From an uncultured Lentisphaerales bacterium (GTDB lineage: Bacteria > Verrucomicrobiota > Lentisphaeria > JABSQK01 > UBA12247), in assembly GCA_943788985.1 (NCBI GenBank), contig CALSSJ010000011.1, forward strand, positions 96,001 through 160,000: 64,000 nucleotides of DNA, read 5' to 3'. Positions 51,201 through 60,687 of this stretch are shown piece by piece. Within the stretch, counting starts at the first letter, position 1; each line of letters begins with the position of its first letter. The notes below the pieces were generated by a model that did not search any database, was not told the DNA's origin, and worked only from the letters and a program-made list of their open reading frames with translations. The translations under genes and the position numbers were made by a program.

Positions 51201-52825
51201 GGCTCTTCGATCAGGCGGCTGATGGAGTCGCGCGAGATCACGTTCTCGTCCTTCACTTCACGCGCAATGGCGATCTGATTGTGGATGATGTTGTCGTAGA
51301 TAAGGTCGAAGATCAGCACATTCTGACACTCTTCGATGAAGCCGTCGCGAAGCTCATCGTGCAGCAGGAGGTCTAGGACCGTGGCGTTGTCGCCGGTGCG
51401 TGCCTTGCGTCCTGGGTTAGAGCGCAGATGATCAATCAGCAGCAACAGGCTGCTGTGGGCACCGGACTTCCAGAGACTGTAGAGGTAAAAGATGACTTGC
51501 AGATAGAGATCGTTCCGCGCCTGCATGAACTTGGTGGACGGATTGCCGCGAAGCAGCTTCATCAGCCGGCCGCGCTCGGCACCCAGCGCATGCCGACGAT
51601 CCATGAATACTTTCCAAGCCTTACTCAGGTGATCATCGTAGCGAATCTCGAGAGGGTTCTCGACCCACTGCTGGAAGGCGTTAGCGTGCTCCATGCGGCG
51701 TCTTTCTGAGAGTTCGCCCTGGGGCACTTCTACGGTTGTGAGCCGGCCGTAGCTCTCGATTGTTGTTGATTGAATGCGCTGGCGCAGGCCGAGGTAGCGC
51801 AGGTAGCGGTAGGTGGATCCAAAGACGCCGAACTGGCTCGGGTTGCGCGGGCGCAACATGCCGGACTGTCGCTCAAACTGTGAGAGTGCGTCGCCGGGCT
51901 CGAGGAAGCGATAGACGCTGCGCGAGTAATGGTCAAAGATCTCCGGACGCTCGCTGACGAATAGGCCAGCGGTCTCTTCGAGGGAGGCGATGCCGCTAGC
52001 GATCGCATCTGTGAGATTTCCTTCGTTCTCTTTCTCGCCGGGGACGTAATCGATAATGCCGTCTACGTAGCCCTGCTTATACAGCTCGTAGGATGAGACG
52101 CCGACGTACTTGGCGCATTCCTGCCATGACAAGTCGTACTTGCGGGCGATGCTTGCCATTCCCGGTGGCTGAATCGTGTTAAACACGCCGTCGCGGACTG
52201 TCAGTAGCAGATTTGTGGTGGCAAGTGGGATTGCGCCGCCAGAATATCCGGCGCCAATCACGATCCCGATTGTTGGGACGTGTAAGAGCGCCATTTCGGC
52301 GATCAGCCGTGAAATCGCGTGTGCTTGATTATCGCGATTGGCCTGGTCACCTGCGTCTGCCCCGGGGGTGTCAATGAGCGTGATCACTGGAAGCGAGAAC
52401 TCGGCAAACTTCTGCACCAGTTCCACGGCTTGGAGGTGGTGAGAGGGGAGCCAGACGCCGTTGTTGGCGGTTCGCTCCTGCCCCAGCACGCCAACTCGCC
52501 GCGGGCTGCCATTGAATAAAATTTCGACCTCGGCTGCGTAAAGCGGGCCATCAATGGTCTCGCGCAGGATCGTGCCAAGGCGCTTTACTGTGGCTTTGGC
52601 CCCTGGTCTGTTCTTCTGTTCAGAAGGCGTGACTGAGCGTGCAATGTAGGCGTCTACAGGCAGCGCTTGTAGCGACTTCACTTGGGCGTGAATGGTTCTC
52701 GCTGGGAGCACGCCCCGCAAGCGTCTCGAGGCTGTCGTGTGGAGGCGGGGGAAAAATGCAGAATCGTTGGATTCCTGCTCCGCCATCTGGAAAAGTTGAT
52801 CAAGCCCGCTCGTTCTCTTGGCCAT
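48278..52825 (-). CDS. Single-chain biotin-dependent acyl-CoA carboxylase (AccA-AccD-AccC-AccB-like fusion)
   Basis: IDTPGA/GYSGGA (CTalpha), SSGGMQTKEG/TGG (CTbeta), HPGIGFLSEN/GGGGKG/RDCSVQR/EMNTRLQVEH (BC), EAMKV (biotin carrier). Confidence 0.92.
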   Translation of the reverse strand: MAKRTSGLDQLFQMAEQESNDSAFFPRLHTTASRRLRGVLPARTIHAQVKSLQALPVDAYIARSVTPSEQKNRPGAKATVKRLGTILRETIDGPLYAAEVEILFNGSPRRVGVLGQERTANNGVWLPSHHLQAVELVQKFAEFSLPVITLIDTPGADAGDQANRDNQAHAISRLIAEMALLHVPTIGIVIGAGYSGGAIPLATTNLLLTVRDGVFNTIQPPGMASIARKYDLSWQECAKYVGVSSYELYKQGYVDGIIDYVPGEKENEGNLTDAIASGIASLEETAGLFVSERPEIFDHYSRSVYRFLEPGDALSQFERQSGMLRPRNPSQFGVFGSTYRYLRYLGLRQRIQSTTIESYGRLTTVEVPQGELSERRRMEHANAFQQWVENPLEIRYDDHLSKAWKVFMDRRHALGAERGRLMKLLRGNPSTKFMQARNDLYLQVIFYLYSLWKSGAHSSLLLLIDHLRSNPGRKARTGDNATVLDLLLHDELRDGFIEECQNVLIFDLIYDNIIHNQIAIAREVKDENVISRDSISRLIEEPLEKAAKELAAKQPATEGSRRIENQLKDQFYLWLNHFIHHSQRGRILKSVEDWKKVVFPRIPEPLFAIITFTFEHLLPEYYECEIAGREYLGRITPRDLGMKDFWNRLAIAYQDILIHDLLQRVKKKRVSNVSSIQETFFSTFAETDASLMTADPVKFPGFRLSIEQALSRDIKPCGLVTGIAQLKGPLRRKVGVAISNLDFQAGAFDMASCEKFCRLLVTCARKRHAVVAFVSSGGMQTKEGAGSLFSMAILNDRITRFVRDNNLPIIIFGFGDCTGGAQASFVTHPLAQTYYFSGTNMPFAGQIVVPAYLPSTSTLSNYLSETPGAMQGLVRHPFVDDLDDKLREIDRAIPIAEESVTNVLMRILKEGVLDDIGSEPEEQEMATMTHSMDLLRPVKRVLIHARGCTAVKLVRVAQKNDIQVVLVQSDADMDSVPAEMLGDNDTLVCLGGNTSDESYLNAGSVVRIAEREQCDSLHPGIGFLSENPHFSAMCHAHGINFLGPSARSMQLMGNKSNAINTALRLKIPVVPGSHGIVTKATAAKDICDNIDYPIILKAVHGGGGKGIQIVEDPALLEESFLKISAEARSAFGNSDVYIEKCIVSLRHVEIQILRDGHGTTKVLGLRDCSVQRNNQKILEESSSTMLPEKLKQQMFKNAAAIADDIDYIGAGTVEYIFDLESGEAYFMEMNTRLQVEHPVTEIVSDVDIVTSQFDIAARRSISAIEPKEIGYAIEARVNAEKAVVDANGDVSFEPHPGEITECVFPEDDRVDIITMAATGKQIPPYYDSMIAQIIAKGKDRDDAVAKLLSYLQSVKICGICTNIPLVCRVLQDEVFLAGDYDTRYLPAFFKRIDCNELCAEIEAAAGDIKGGFDAESLRIDGTDELKVVASGTGIFYTQASPSDPQFVEPGDVVTTDQTVCLLEAMKVFRPITLNDYNRSDEVIYDPDKKFQVVRIAAPSGQAVSSGDLLFVVRPV

Positions 52826-53001
52826 TGTCTTCCCGCATCAAATTAAAGGTCTGGTGGGCGGGGTCGTCCCGCACCGAAAGGGTACCGCGCAGCAACGGCT
52901 TTGCAAACCTGAACGGAGGCTTCTGGGGCTCGTCTTGGTCATTGACTGGGCTAAGTTTCCATCCCTTACACTAGAGAGCCGCATTTGCACAGCAGAGCAA
53001 G

Positions 53002-53466
53002 ATGTAGGACGACTTCGACCTACAAAAGGGCCCATCAGTGGTTCGGTGCGGCCGCGAATGGGGAAGCGTGGAGCCTGCTTGAGAAGGCGGAGTTGGCCGC
53101 TGAGGAGGCTGATCTGCTGCTGCGGGCGGCTTTCGCTTCCCCTACCATTGGTATCAGGTGCGCCCTGACTTGAATCGCTCACGCGCCGATTGCCAGGTCG
53201 CATTTGCCTGTGCGCGGGTTGGACTTGGGGGCGAGGCGCTGCACTTCGCGGCGCGTGGTTTCTTCCGTACTTGCGAGCACGAGGTGGCGAAATGGGAACA
53301 GGCCTTTGCCCATCTGGCGGTCTCCGCCGCTGCGCATGCTGCAGACGTATCGGGGGTGCATCGCGACCATTACGATCGCGCTGTTGAGGTGTGGGCACAG
53401 CTGAGCAGCGAGAATAAGACGCTGTTTGACGTCTCGCTCGCAGTGGTTTCCAAGCCACATGCCTGA
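53002..53466 (+). CDS. Conserved helical hypothetical protein, frameshifted
   Basis: AHQWFGAAANGEAWSLLE...AFAS / YHWYQV...NRSRA fragments join across indels at about 53030 and 53140; start uncertain. Confidence 0.5.
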
Positions 53467-53542
53467 ATGTCAGTCTACGTGGCAACTGGTGCGGGCAGGC
53501 GGCATAGTCTGAGCTTCGTTCTGTCAATTTCAGGAGTAAGCT

Positions 53543-54925
53543 ATGCCAGGCCAGCCCAACATTGTCGTGTTCTTTACCGATCAGCAGCGCTGGGATTGTA
53601 GTGGGTTGCACGGCAATCCTCTGGATCTGATGCCCAACTTCGACCGTCTGGCACAGGCAGGGACGCACGTCGCAAACTTCTTCACGTGTCAGCCGGTCTG
53701 TGGGCCAGCGCGGGCCTGCATTCAAACCGGGCAGTATGCCACGGTGAACGGATCGTATCGTAATGGCATTCCGCTGACCAAGTCGGTAAAGCCTTTGGCG
53801 GAGCATTTCAAAGACGCTGGCTATCGCACCGGATATATTGGCAAGTGGCACCTGGCGCAAACTGGCCACGGTGCGGTCAATGAGGAGGATCGTGGCGGAT
53901 ATCGTGACTGGCTCGCCGCGAACGTTCTCGAATTCACCTCGCACGACTACCACACCGCCCTCTATAATGAGGACAATGCTGAGGTAGAGCTGCCTGGCTA
54001 TCGCTCCGATGCCATGGTGGATGCCGGAATTCGGTACATCAATGAGCACAAAGAGGAACCATTTTTTCTGTTCATGAGCTTTATTGAGCCGCACCACCAG
54101 AATCATGTGGACGACTACCCTGCACCAGATGGATACCGCGAGCGCTACGCAAATCGCTGGGTGCCGCCAGATCTCGCGGCGCTCGGGGGCAGCACCCAAC
54201 GCCACCTGGGCGGATACTATGGCATGGTCAAGCGTCTTGATGAAGGGCTGGGGCGGATTACGGACGCGCTTAAGTCCCTGCAGCTGGATGAAAACACCAT
54301 CGTCGTATTCTTTAGTGATCACGGGTGTCACTTCAAGACCCGAAATGCCGAGTATAAGCGCTCCTGTCATGAAAGCTCGCTCCGAGTGCCCTGTATGTTT
54401 CACGGCGGTCCATTCGCCGGTGGCGGTCGTCGTGACGAGTTGGTCAGCCTGATTGACCTCCCGCCAACACTGCTGGACGTTGCTGGAATAGACGTGCCTG
54501 ATTCGATGCACGGGCAATCACTGCTTTCGCGGGTAGAGCGCACCGGGGCGGACTGGCCGGACCACGTCTACTTTGAGACCAGTGAGGCAGAGACTGGGCG
54601 CGGAGTTCGCACAGAACGCTGGAAGTATCACGTGCGCGCTCCAGAGGATGCCGCCGTCGTCGATGGCAAGTCGGACGTGTATGAGGAGTCGTTTCTCTAC
54701 GACCTGCAGGCCGATCCGTATGAGTTGGCAAACTTGGTCGGAATCGAGTCCTACGGTGGGATTAGGTCTGGCTTGCGCGAAAAGTTGATGGAGCGACTCG
54801 CGTTCGTGGGTGAAACGCCGGAGATTGCGCCGCCGCCGGGCACTCGCGGGGGGCAACGAATGGTTGCCGATAGTGAAGTTGCTTCGCTTGGGTTTTCACA
54901 CAATATTCCCGGGAGGTCGCGATGA
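53543..54925 (+). CDS. Sulfatase (Cys-type, formylglycine-dependent)
   Basis: PNIV.FFTDQ, CGPARA (CxPxR), GKWHL, SDHG, YDLQADPYE. Confidence 0.93.
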   Translation: MPGQPNIVVFFTDQQRWDCSGLHGNPLDLMPNFDRLAQAGTHVANFFTCQPVCGPARACIQTGQYATVNGSYRNGIPLTKSVKPLAEHFKDAGYRTGYIGKWHLAQTGHGAVNEEDRGGYRDWLAANVLEFTSHDYHTALYNEDNAEVELPGYRSDAMVDAGIRYINEHKEEPFFLFMSFIEPHHQNHVDDYPAPDGYRERYANRWVPPDLAALGGSTQRHLGGYYGMVKRLDEGLGRITDALKSLQLDENTIVVFFSDHGCHFKTRNAEYKRSCHESSLRVPCMFHGGPFAGGGRRDELVSLIDLPPTLLDVAGIDVPDSMHGQSLLSRVERTGADWPDHVYFETSEAETGRGVRTERWKYHVRAPEDAAVVDGKSDVYEESFLYDLQADPYELANLVGIESYGGIRSGLREKLMERLAFVGETPEIAPPPGTRGGQRMVADSEVASLGFSHNIPGRSR

Positions 54926-55602
54926 AATTTCGGGGATTTGCGGACTCCGCAACACTGGAACAGGAGATGTGCGACTTGTTGACCGAGACGTTTGGACAAG
55001 AGCAGCCCCGTCCGCATGCGGTAATGCTTGCTGGTGGCGGGACGCCTCTGGCTATCTACGAGGCGCTGGGGCGTCAGAACCTCCGGGCAGGCCGCTCGCT
55101 TCATGTCATGTACAGCGACGATCGCTTGGTGCCAGTAACGGATCCCGGGAGCAATTACGGCAACTCACAGGCCATGCTCGCGGCGTTGCGGCTTCCAGCG
55201 GAGCGGGTGATTCGTGTGCGTGGGGAACTGGCACCAGGCCCGGCGGCCCAGGCCTACGGGGACCAACTTGCGGACTTCGCAGGACGCGGCGGGACTTTTG
55301 CGCTGGGGGTGCTCGGGATCGGCAGTGATGGCCATACGGCTTCGCTGTTCTCGCTGGCAGCGGCCCAACGCACCGATCGCCTGACTCTGGCTGTGGAACG
55401 GCCGGACTTTCTACGCGTCTCGGTGACCCGTAGTGTCCTTTCCCGGTTTCACCACCTGGTGATTCTGGCCACGGGGGAGGGCAAGCGTGAGATCCTTGAA
55501 ACGCTTCGTGACGCGCCCGAATCCATTCCTAGTGGCGTGGCACTGGCGGGGCTCAATGTCGAAGTTTGGACGGATCTGGTGATCGGTGACCGTGATGCTT
55601 GA
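54922..55602 (+). CDS. pgl: 6-phosphogluconolactonase
   Basis: LAGGGTP, DDRLVP, SNY, LGIGSDGHTASLF. Confidence 0.9.
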   Translation: MKFRGFADSATLEQEMCDLLTETFGQEQPRPHAVMLAGGGTPLAIYEALGRQNLRAGRSLHVMYSDDRLVPVTDPGSNYGNSQAMLAALRLPAERVIRVRGELAPGPAAQAYGDQLADFAGRGGTFALGVLGIGSDGHTASLFSLAAAQRTDRLTLAVERPDFLRVSVTRSVLSRFHHLVILATGEGKREILETLRDAPESIPSGVALAGLNVEVWTDLVIGDRDA

Positions 55603-56389
55603 TTTTATCCAGCAGATTGCCCAAGAAGCGGGCGCTATGGCGCTTGCTTACCGCGCACGCCTCCATGCCGTGGCTGTGGATTATAAGTCAGTCCGCGATC
55701 TGGTGACTGAAGCCGATCGAGAGATTGAGCTCTATCTGCGCAAGCGCATTGCCGACCGCTATCCAGGTCACGGCATTCTCGGGGAGGAATTTGGGGCGAA
55801 GCAGGGCGATGCCTACCGCTGGGTGATTGACCCCATTGATGGGACAGGTTCGTTCGTGCACGGGCAGCCTACCTTCTCCGTCTCGATTGGCGTACAGCAT
55901 CACGGCGTGGGCGTTCTCGGCGCTGTCGCCGCCCCAGCGCTTGGGGAATTGTTCTTGGCCGAACAGGGAGCTGGTGCCTGGTGCAATGGCGCGAAAATCT
56001 CCTGCAGTACCGCTACAGAGCTGAATCGGTGCATTCTGGCTACGGGCTTTGCCTGTCTGCGCGATGGCGCGGCGCACAATAACCTCCCGTACTTGCATGC
56101 AATTCTGCCGCAGCTACAAGATATGCGCCGCTATGGCTCCGCGGCGATGGACTTGGCCTTTGTGGCTGCCGGGCGCGTGGACGGCTTCTGGGAGCTAAAC
56201 CTGCACGAGTATGACATCGCCGCTGGCGTGGTTCTGGTGCGAGAGGCTGGTGGAGTCGTTAGCGACTTCCATGGGCGGACAGACGACCTGCCTCATCGCG
56301 TCCTGGCGTGCAACGCTGAACTGCACGCCAAGATCGTTAGTCAGTTCGCAAAATTGGAGGATGCGCAGGATGCCGCGCTCGCAGAGTAG
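55595..56389 (+). CDS. suhB: Inositol monophosphatase family
   Basis: DLVTEAD, GEE, WVIDPIDGT, GSAAMD, YDIAAG. Confidence 0.88.
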   Translation: MLDFIQQIAQEAGAMALAYRARLHAVAVDYKSVRDLVTEADREIELYLRKRIADRYPGHGILGEEFGAKQGDAYRWVIDPIDGTGSFVHGQPTFSVSIGVQHHGVGVLGAVAAPALGELFLAEQGAGAWCNGAKISCSTATELNRCILATGFACLRDGAAHNNLPYLHAILPQLQDMRRYGSAAMDLAFVAAGRVDGFWELNLHEYDIAAGVVLVREAGGVVSDFHGRTDDLPHRVLACNAELHAKIVSQFAKLEDAQDAALAE

Positions 56390-57236
56390 TCCGCCTGGCA
56401 GGGGCAGAATCCGGCTGGCAAGGAAAAGATTTTTCTTTTTCTCACAATGTGGGTGGACAAGTTCAAGCTTCCTGCGTAGTTTACGCGCTTTCTCGTTTGG
56501 GCTGTGGGCACTTTTTGCCTGCTCGGATGAGGAATGCAACGCTAAGTTGCGTGAGGTCGAACTGGCTCGCGAACTGGCAGAGGAGGGAGCGCTAGCAGCA
56601 ACCGCAGCGCTGATTCGGACCGAGCAAACGCTCGACACAATCCGGAGCCGACTCGCCACCGCACAGGCCGAACTCACGGAGCTCCGCGATCAGCTTGATG
56701 TCATTCGTGTGCAAATGGCAAGCCTGCTCGTGAACGAAGAAGTAGTGTCTGAAGCGCAGGCGCTGGTTCGCTTTGTCAAAGAAGCTGATCAGGCGAAAGC
56801 GGCGTTTCATCAGGCCTACGAGGACTTACTGGCCTGTAGGCGGCACTGGGAAGCCCTCCTAGATTCGCTCGCGGGCCCGGATCGGAAAATTTATCAAGAA
56901 CAGCTTGATGCAAAACTGGACCTAGTTTTTGTCAGTTTGCAGCGGGCTGAACAGTATTTCAATAGTAAGGAGAGCGGCAGACACGGAGCAGCAACGGACG
57001 ACGGATTGCGCGTCTTGAACGTAAATGATGATCTTGAGGTGGTGGCGGTGAATGCCGGCCACAAACAAGGGCTTCGCATTGGACAGGTTCTATCTGTCGC
57101 GGAGGGCAGGGCCAAGGGCGCTGTACTTCGTGTGATTGAGATCAGACCTTCAGTCAGTGCGGCCATCATACAATCAGGACGGCTTAGGCATCTCGCACCC
57201 GGAACCCCATTGATTCGCGTCGTAGTGCCGGACTAG
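56211..57236 (+). CDS. Coiled-coil protein with C-terminal beta domain; true start uncertain (probably near 56450)
   Basis: Possible lipobox LFAC; coiled coil; VAVNAG...GLRIG motif. Confidence 0.55.
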   Translation: MTSPLAWFWCERLVESLATSMGGQTTCLIASWRATLNCTPRSLVSSQNWRMRRMPRSQSSPPGRGRIRLARKRFFFFSQCGWTSSSFLRSLRAFSFGLWALFACSDEECNAKLREVELARELAEEGALAATAALIRTEQTLDTIRSRLATAQAELTELRDQLDVIRVQMASLLVNEEVVSEAQALVRFVKEADQAKAAFHQAYEDLLACRRHWEALLDSLAGPDRKIYQEQLDAKLDLVFVSLQRAEQYFNSKESGRHGAATDDGLRVLNVNDDLEVVAVNAGHKQGLRIGQVLSVAEGRAKGAVLRVIEIRPSVSAAIIQSGRLRHLAPGTPLIRVVVPD

Positions 57237-57252
57237 TTAGGAGAAGGATAGA

Positions 57253-57711
57253 ATGGAAAAACGCGCTATTTCAAAATACCGTCGAATCTCGGCGTTTAAA
57301 GCACGTGATATTACTCGCCTTATTCAAGGCAAGTCTATCGACGAAGCGCTACGCATGCTTGCGTTTGCTCCGCAGAAGGCTGCCCGGCTGGTGGAGAAAA
57401 CACTACGCTCTGCAATAGCAAATTATGAGCAAGCGGTGGACGGCGATGTAGACCGCTCGACACTGCTTGTCAAGGAAGCACTGATCGGCGAAGGCCCGTC
57501 AATGAAGCGTATTCGCCCTAAGGCTCGGGGGATGGCTGGCCGCATTATTAAGCGATCCAGTCACATCCGGATTACAGTCTGGGACGGAGAGCAAGCGAAA
57601 GACCTGGTTGCGGACTACTTCGACGATGACGAAGAAGAGACCCTCGCCGGCGATGAAAATGCGGAGACGGAAGCTTCCGTCGCCGATGACGATCAAGAAA
57701 ACGAAGGATAG
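57253..57711 (+). CDS. rplV: 50S ribosomal protein L22 with acidic C-terminal extension
   Basis: ISAFKAR, SAIAN, GPSMKR..PKARG, KRSSHI. Confidence 0.96.
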   Translation: MEKRAISKYRRISAFKARDITRLIQGKSIDEALRMLAFAPQKAARLVEKTLRSAIANYEQAVDGDVDRSTLLVKEALIGEGPSMKRIRPKARGMAGRIIKRSSHIRITVWDGEQAKDLVADYFDDDEEETLAGDENAETEASVADDDQENEG

Positions 57712-57725
57712 GGAGGTAGCAGCCC

Positions 57726-58448
57726 GTGGGCCAAAAAGTAAATCCTATCGGTTTCCGCGTATCGGTAACCAAAGATTGGCGCAGTCGCTGGTTCGCTCGT
57801 AAGCGCGAGTTCGGTGACATGCTGCACGAGGACCTGAAGATGCGTCAGTTCGTGCAGACGCAGCTGTCTCAGGCAGCGGTGTCGCGGATCCAAATTGAAC
57901 GTTTCGCCAGCCGGATTCGTCTCACCATTCACACGGCTCGTCCGGGAATGGTGTTTGGACGGAAGCGCGCTGAATATGACGCGTTGAAGAATTCCCTGTT
58001 CAAGCTATTAGGCACGAAAGACAAGGACGTCTATGTCGACGTTGTCGAAGTGCGTTATCCTGAGCTTGAAGCACAACTCGTGGCCCAGAATGTGGCCATG
58101 CAGCTCGAACGTCGTGTCGGTTTTCGCCGGGCGATGAAGAAGGCGCTACAGACGAGCATGGATATGGGAGCAGTCGGAATCAAGATTCGTTGCGCAGGTC
58201 GCTTGGGCGGCGCGGAACTAGCTCGCACAGAAGAGTATCGCGATGGCAAAGTGCCATTGCATACCTTGCGTGCGGACGTGCAGTATGGCTTTTGTGAAAG
58301 CGTGACTACTGCCGGTTTGATTGGTGTAAAAGTATGGCTATGTCGGCCGGATAATATGGAGGAAAAGAACAATGCCTTTGATGCCAAAAAGGGTAAAGCA
58401 TCGCAAGGTTCAAAGAGGAAAAATTCGAGGCAACGCGACCAGCGGTAA
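57726..58448 (+). CDS. rpsC: 30S ribosomal protein S3
   Basis: [29 protein letters not shown]. Confidence 0.97.
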   Translation: MGQKVNPIGFRVSVTKDWRSRWFARKREFGDMLHEDLKMRQFVQTQLSQAAVSRIQIERFASRIRLTIHTARPGMVFGRKRAEYDALKNSLFKLLGTKDKDVYVDVVEVRYPELEAQLVAQNVAMQLERRVGFRRAMKKALQTSMDMGAVGIKIRCAGRLGGAELARTEEYRDGKVPLHTLRADVQYGFCESVTTAGLIGVKVWLCRPDNMEEKNNAFDAKKGKASQGSKRKNSRQRDQR

Positions 58449-58785
58449 CGTCCTCAATTTTGGAGACTTTGGGTTGCAGGTTCTGGAGCGCGGCTTTATC
58501 ACAAACCGCCAGATTGAAGCTGCACGTATTGCGATTACGCGCCACATGCGCCGACGTGGTCAGGTCTGGATCCGGATGTTCCCGGACAAGCCGATTTCGA
58601 AAAAGCCACTTGAGACGCGTATGGGTAAGGGAAAGGGTAACACAGAGGCCTGGGTGGCTTGTGTGAAACCTGGCCGTGTTATCTTTGAAATTCGCGGTTG
58701 TTCCGAGACTGTGGCACGTGAAGCGCTCGCTTTGGGTGCTGCCAAACTGGGGCATCGTTGCAAAATGTTGTCGCGTGAGGGTTGA
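58372..58785 (+). CDS. rplP: 50S ribosomal protein L16
   Basis: [26 protein letters not shown]. Confidence 0.97.
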   Translation: MPLMPKRVKHRKVQRGKIRGNATSGNVLNFGDFGLQVLERGFITNRQIEAARIAITRHMRRRGQVWIRMFPDKPISKKPLETRMGKGKGNTEAWVACVKPGRVIFEIRGCSETVAREALALGAAKLGHRCKMLSREG

Positions 58786-58788
58786 TCG

Positions 58789-58989
58789 ATGAAAGGTAGC
58801 GAAGTTGCAGAACTGACGGAGTTGGAACTGACGGCGCGTCTGGAGGAGACGCAGCGTGAGTTATTCAACCTTCGCGTCCAAGCCGCCATTGGTGCTTTGG
58901 AGAATACTGCTCGGGTACGAGCCCTTCGTCGTGATGTTGCGCGTCTGAGATCGGAAGAGACCAAGCGCAATAAGACGGCTGCGAACTAG
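58789..58989 (+). CDS. rpmC: 50S ribosomal protein L29
   Basis: ELFNLR, RRDVAR; synteny. Confidence 0.93.
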   Translation: MKGSEVAELTELELTARLEETQRELFNLRVQAAIGALENTARVRALRRDVARLRSEETKRNKTAAN

Positions 58990-59002
58990 GAGAAATGCTG
59001 AG

Positions 59003-59283
59003 ATGAGTGAAGCTACTGAAAAAAAGCGCGGCCTGCGTAAGCAGCGTACCGGCGTGGTCGTCAGTAATAAAGGGGATAAGACAATCGTCGTGCAAGTGAC
59101 ACGCCGTGCCGCGCATTCCGCTCTATAAAAAGGTGATCAGTCTGACCAAGAAATTTCATGCCCATGATGAAACCAATGACGCCAATATCGGCGACACGGT
59201 GACCATCGTGGAGGACACGTCCACTGAGCAAGCTTAAACGCTGGCGGATGACTGCAGTTGTTCGTCGCGCAGTGGAGGACTGA
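59003..59283 (+). CDS. rpsQ: 30S ribosomal protein S17 (two apparent +1 indels)
   Basis: [14 protein letters not shown] / HPLYKK...AHDE / RPLSKLKRW in three successive frames. Confidence 0.9.
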
Positions 59284-59286
59284 GCC

Positions 59287-59652
59287 ATGATTCAAATGCA
59301 GACCATAATGGACATCGCTGACAACTCTGGCGCACGCCGGGTGATGGCGATTACAGTCTTGGGGCAACAGCGCAAAGTCGCTCGCGTTGGTGATGTCGTG
59401 ACTGCGGCTGTCAAAGAAGCCTCTCCGAATGGAGCTGTCAAGAAGGGCGATGTCGTCCGTGTTGTAGTGGTTCGTACGCGCTCGGCAATTCGTCGCGAGG
59501 ACGGCTCGTACTTACGCTTCGACCGTAACGCGGGCGTTGTCATCGATGACGGTGGCAACCCACGCGGAACCCGTATTTTCGGGCCTGTGGCTCGTGAACT
59601 TCGGGATTCCAACTATATGCGTATCGTCTCGCTGGCGCCGGAGGTGCTGTGA
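59287..59652 (+). CDS. rplN: 50S ribosomal protein L14
   Basis: MIQ..T...[25 protein letters not shown]. Confidence 0.98.
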   Translation: MIQMQTIMDIADNSGARRVMAITVLGQQRKVARVGDVVTAAVKEASPNGAVKKGDVVRVVVVRTRSAIRREDGSYLRFDRNAGVVIDDGGNPRGTRIFGPVARELRDSNYMRIVSLAPEVL

Positions 59653-59916
59653 TGCGGCGGATATGGAAGGGTGACACCGTCGAGGTAATCAGCGGCCGTG
59701 CTGTTGGACAGACCGGCCATGTCCTCGTAGTGGATTACAAGAAGGAGCAAGTGATCGTGGAGGGAGTAAATACCCGCATGGTTGCTACTCGTCCTGGGTC
59801 CCAGTTCCCCCGGTGGGCTGATCGAGCGTGAGTGCCCGATCCACTTGTCGAACGTACTGGTGACGGTCGAATCCCCCGAGCACAAAAAAGAGTTGGAACG
59901 CAAGGGCTTGCTCTAA
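59652..59916 (+). CDS. rplX: 50S ribosomal protein L24 (apparent +1 indel)
   Basis: KGDTVEVISG, VIVEGVN / GGLIERECPIHLSNV. Confidence 0.9.
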
Positions 59917-59938
59917 GCCTGCTTGAGGAGACAAAACG

Positions 59939-60477
59939 ATGAGTGTATTACTTGAACAATATCGTTCGGAGATGATTCCGAAGCTGCAGGCCTCGCGCTC
60001 CTACGGGAACGTGATGCAGGTGCCGAAGCTTGAGAAAATCGTCCTGAACTGCGGAATCTCGTCACAGCGTGACCGCGACATGTTTGCGAATGCCCAGCTC
60101 GCGCTGAGTGACATTACTGGCCAGCGGCCGGTGATTACAAAGACACGCATGAACATCGCCAACTTTAAGCTCCGTGAGGGCATGAATGTCGGTGTGTGTG
60201 TCACGTTGCGTAAAGAACGCATGTACGACTTTTACTACCGGCTGACGCGCGTGGCTCTGCCGCGAGGTGCGTGACTTTCGCGGTGTGGGCAGCCAAGGCC
60301 TTTGACGGCCGCGGCAACTACAGCATGGGCTTGGAAGACGTGACCATTTTTACTGAAGTTAACCCCGATAAATTAAAGTACACGATCGGCATGAGCATCG
60401 CTATTGTGACAACTGCTGCGACCAACGAAGAAGGTCTGGAGTTGTTGACAATGCTTGGCATGCCGTTCGAGAAATAA
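59939..60477 (+). CDS. rplE: 50S ribosomal protein L5 (apparent +1 indels at about 60265 and 60288)
   Basis: [22 protein letters not shown] / FDGRGNY. Confidence 0.92.
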
Positions 60478-60490
60478 GGAGACCGGACCT

Positions 60491-60676
60491 GTGGCACGGA
60501 AAGCACTTGTCGCCAAAGCGAAGCGTAAGCCAAAATTCTCTACCCGTCAGTACAACCGCTGCCGCACCTGTGGTCGTGCCCGGGCGTATATCCGAAAGTT
60601 TCAAGTCTGCCGTATCTGCTTCCGCGAACTTGCCTCCCGTGGCGAGATTCCGGGTGTAGTCAAGGCGAGCTGGTAG
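60491..60676 (+). CDS. rpsN: 30S ribosomal protein S14 (Zn-binding type Z)
   Basis: GTG start; [24 protein letters not shown]. Confidence 0.95.
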   Translation: MARKALVAKAKRKPKFSTRQYNRCRTCGRARAYIRKFQVCRICFRELASRGEIPGVVKASW

Positions 60677-60687
60677 GAGGAATAATT

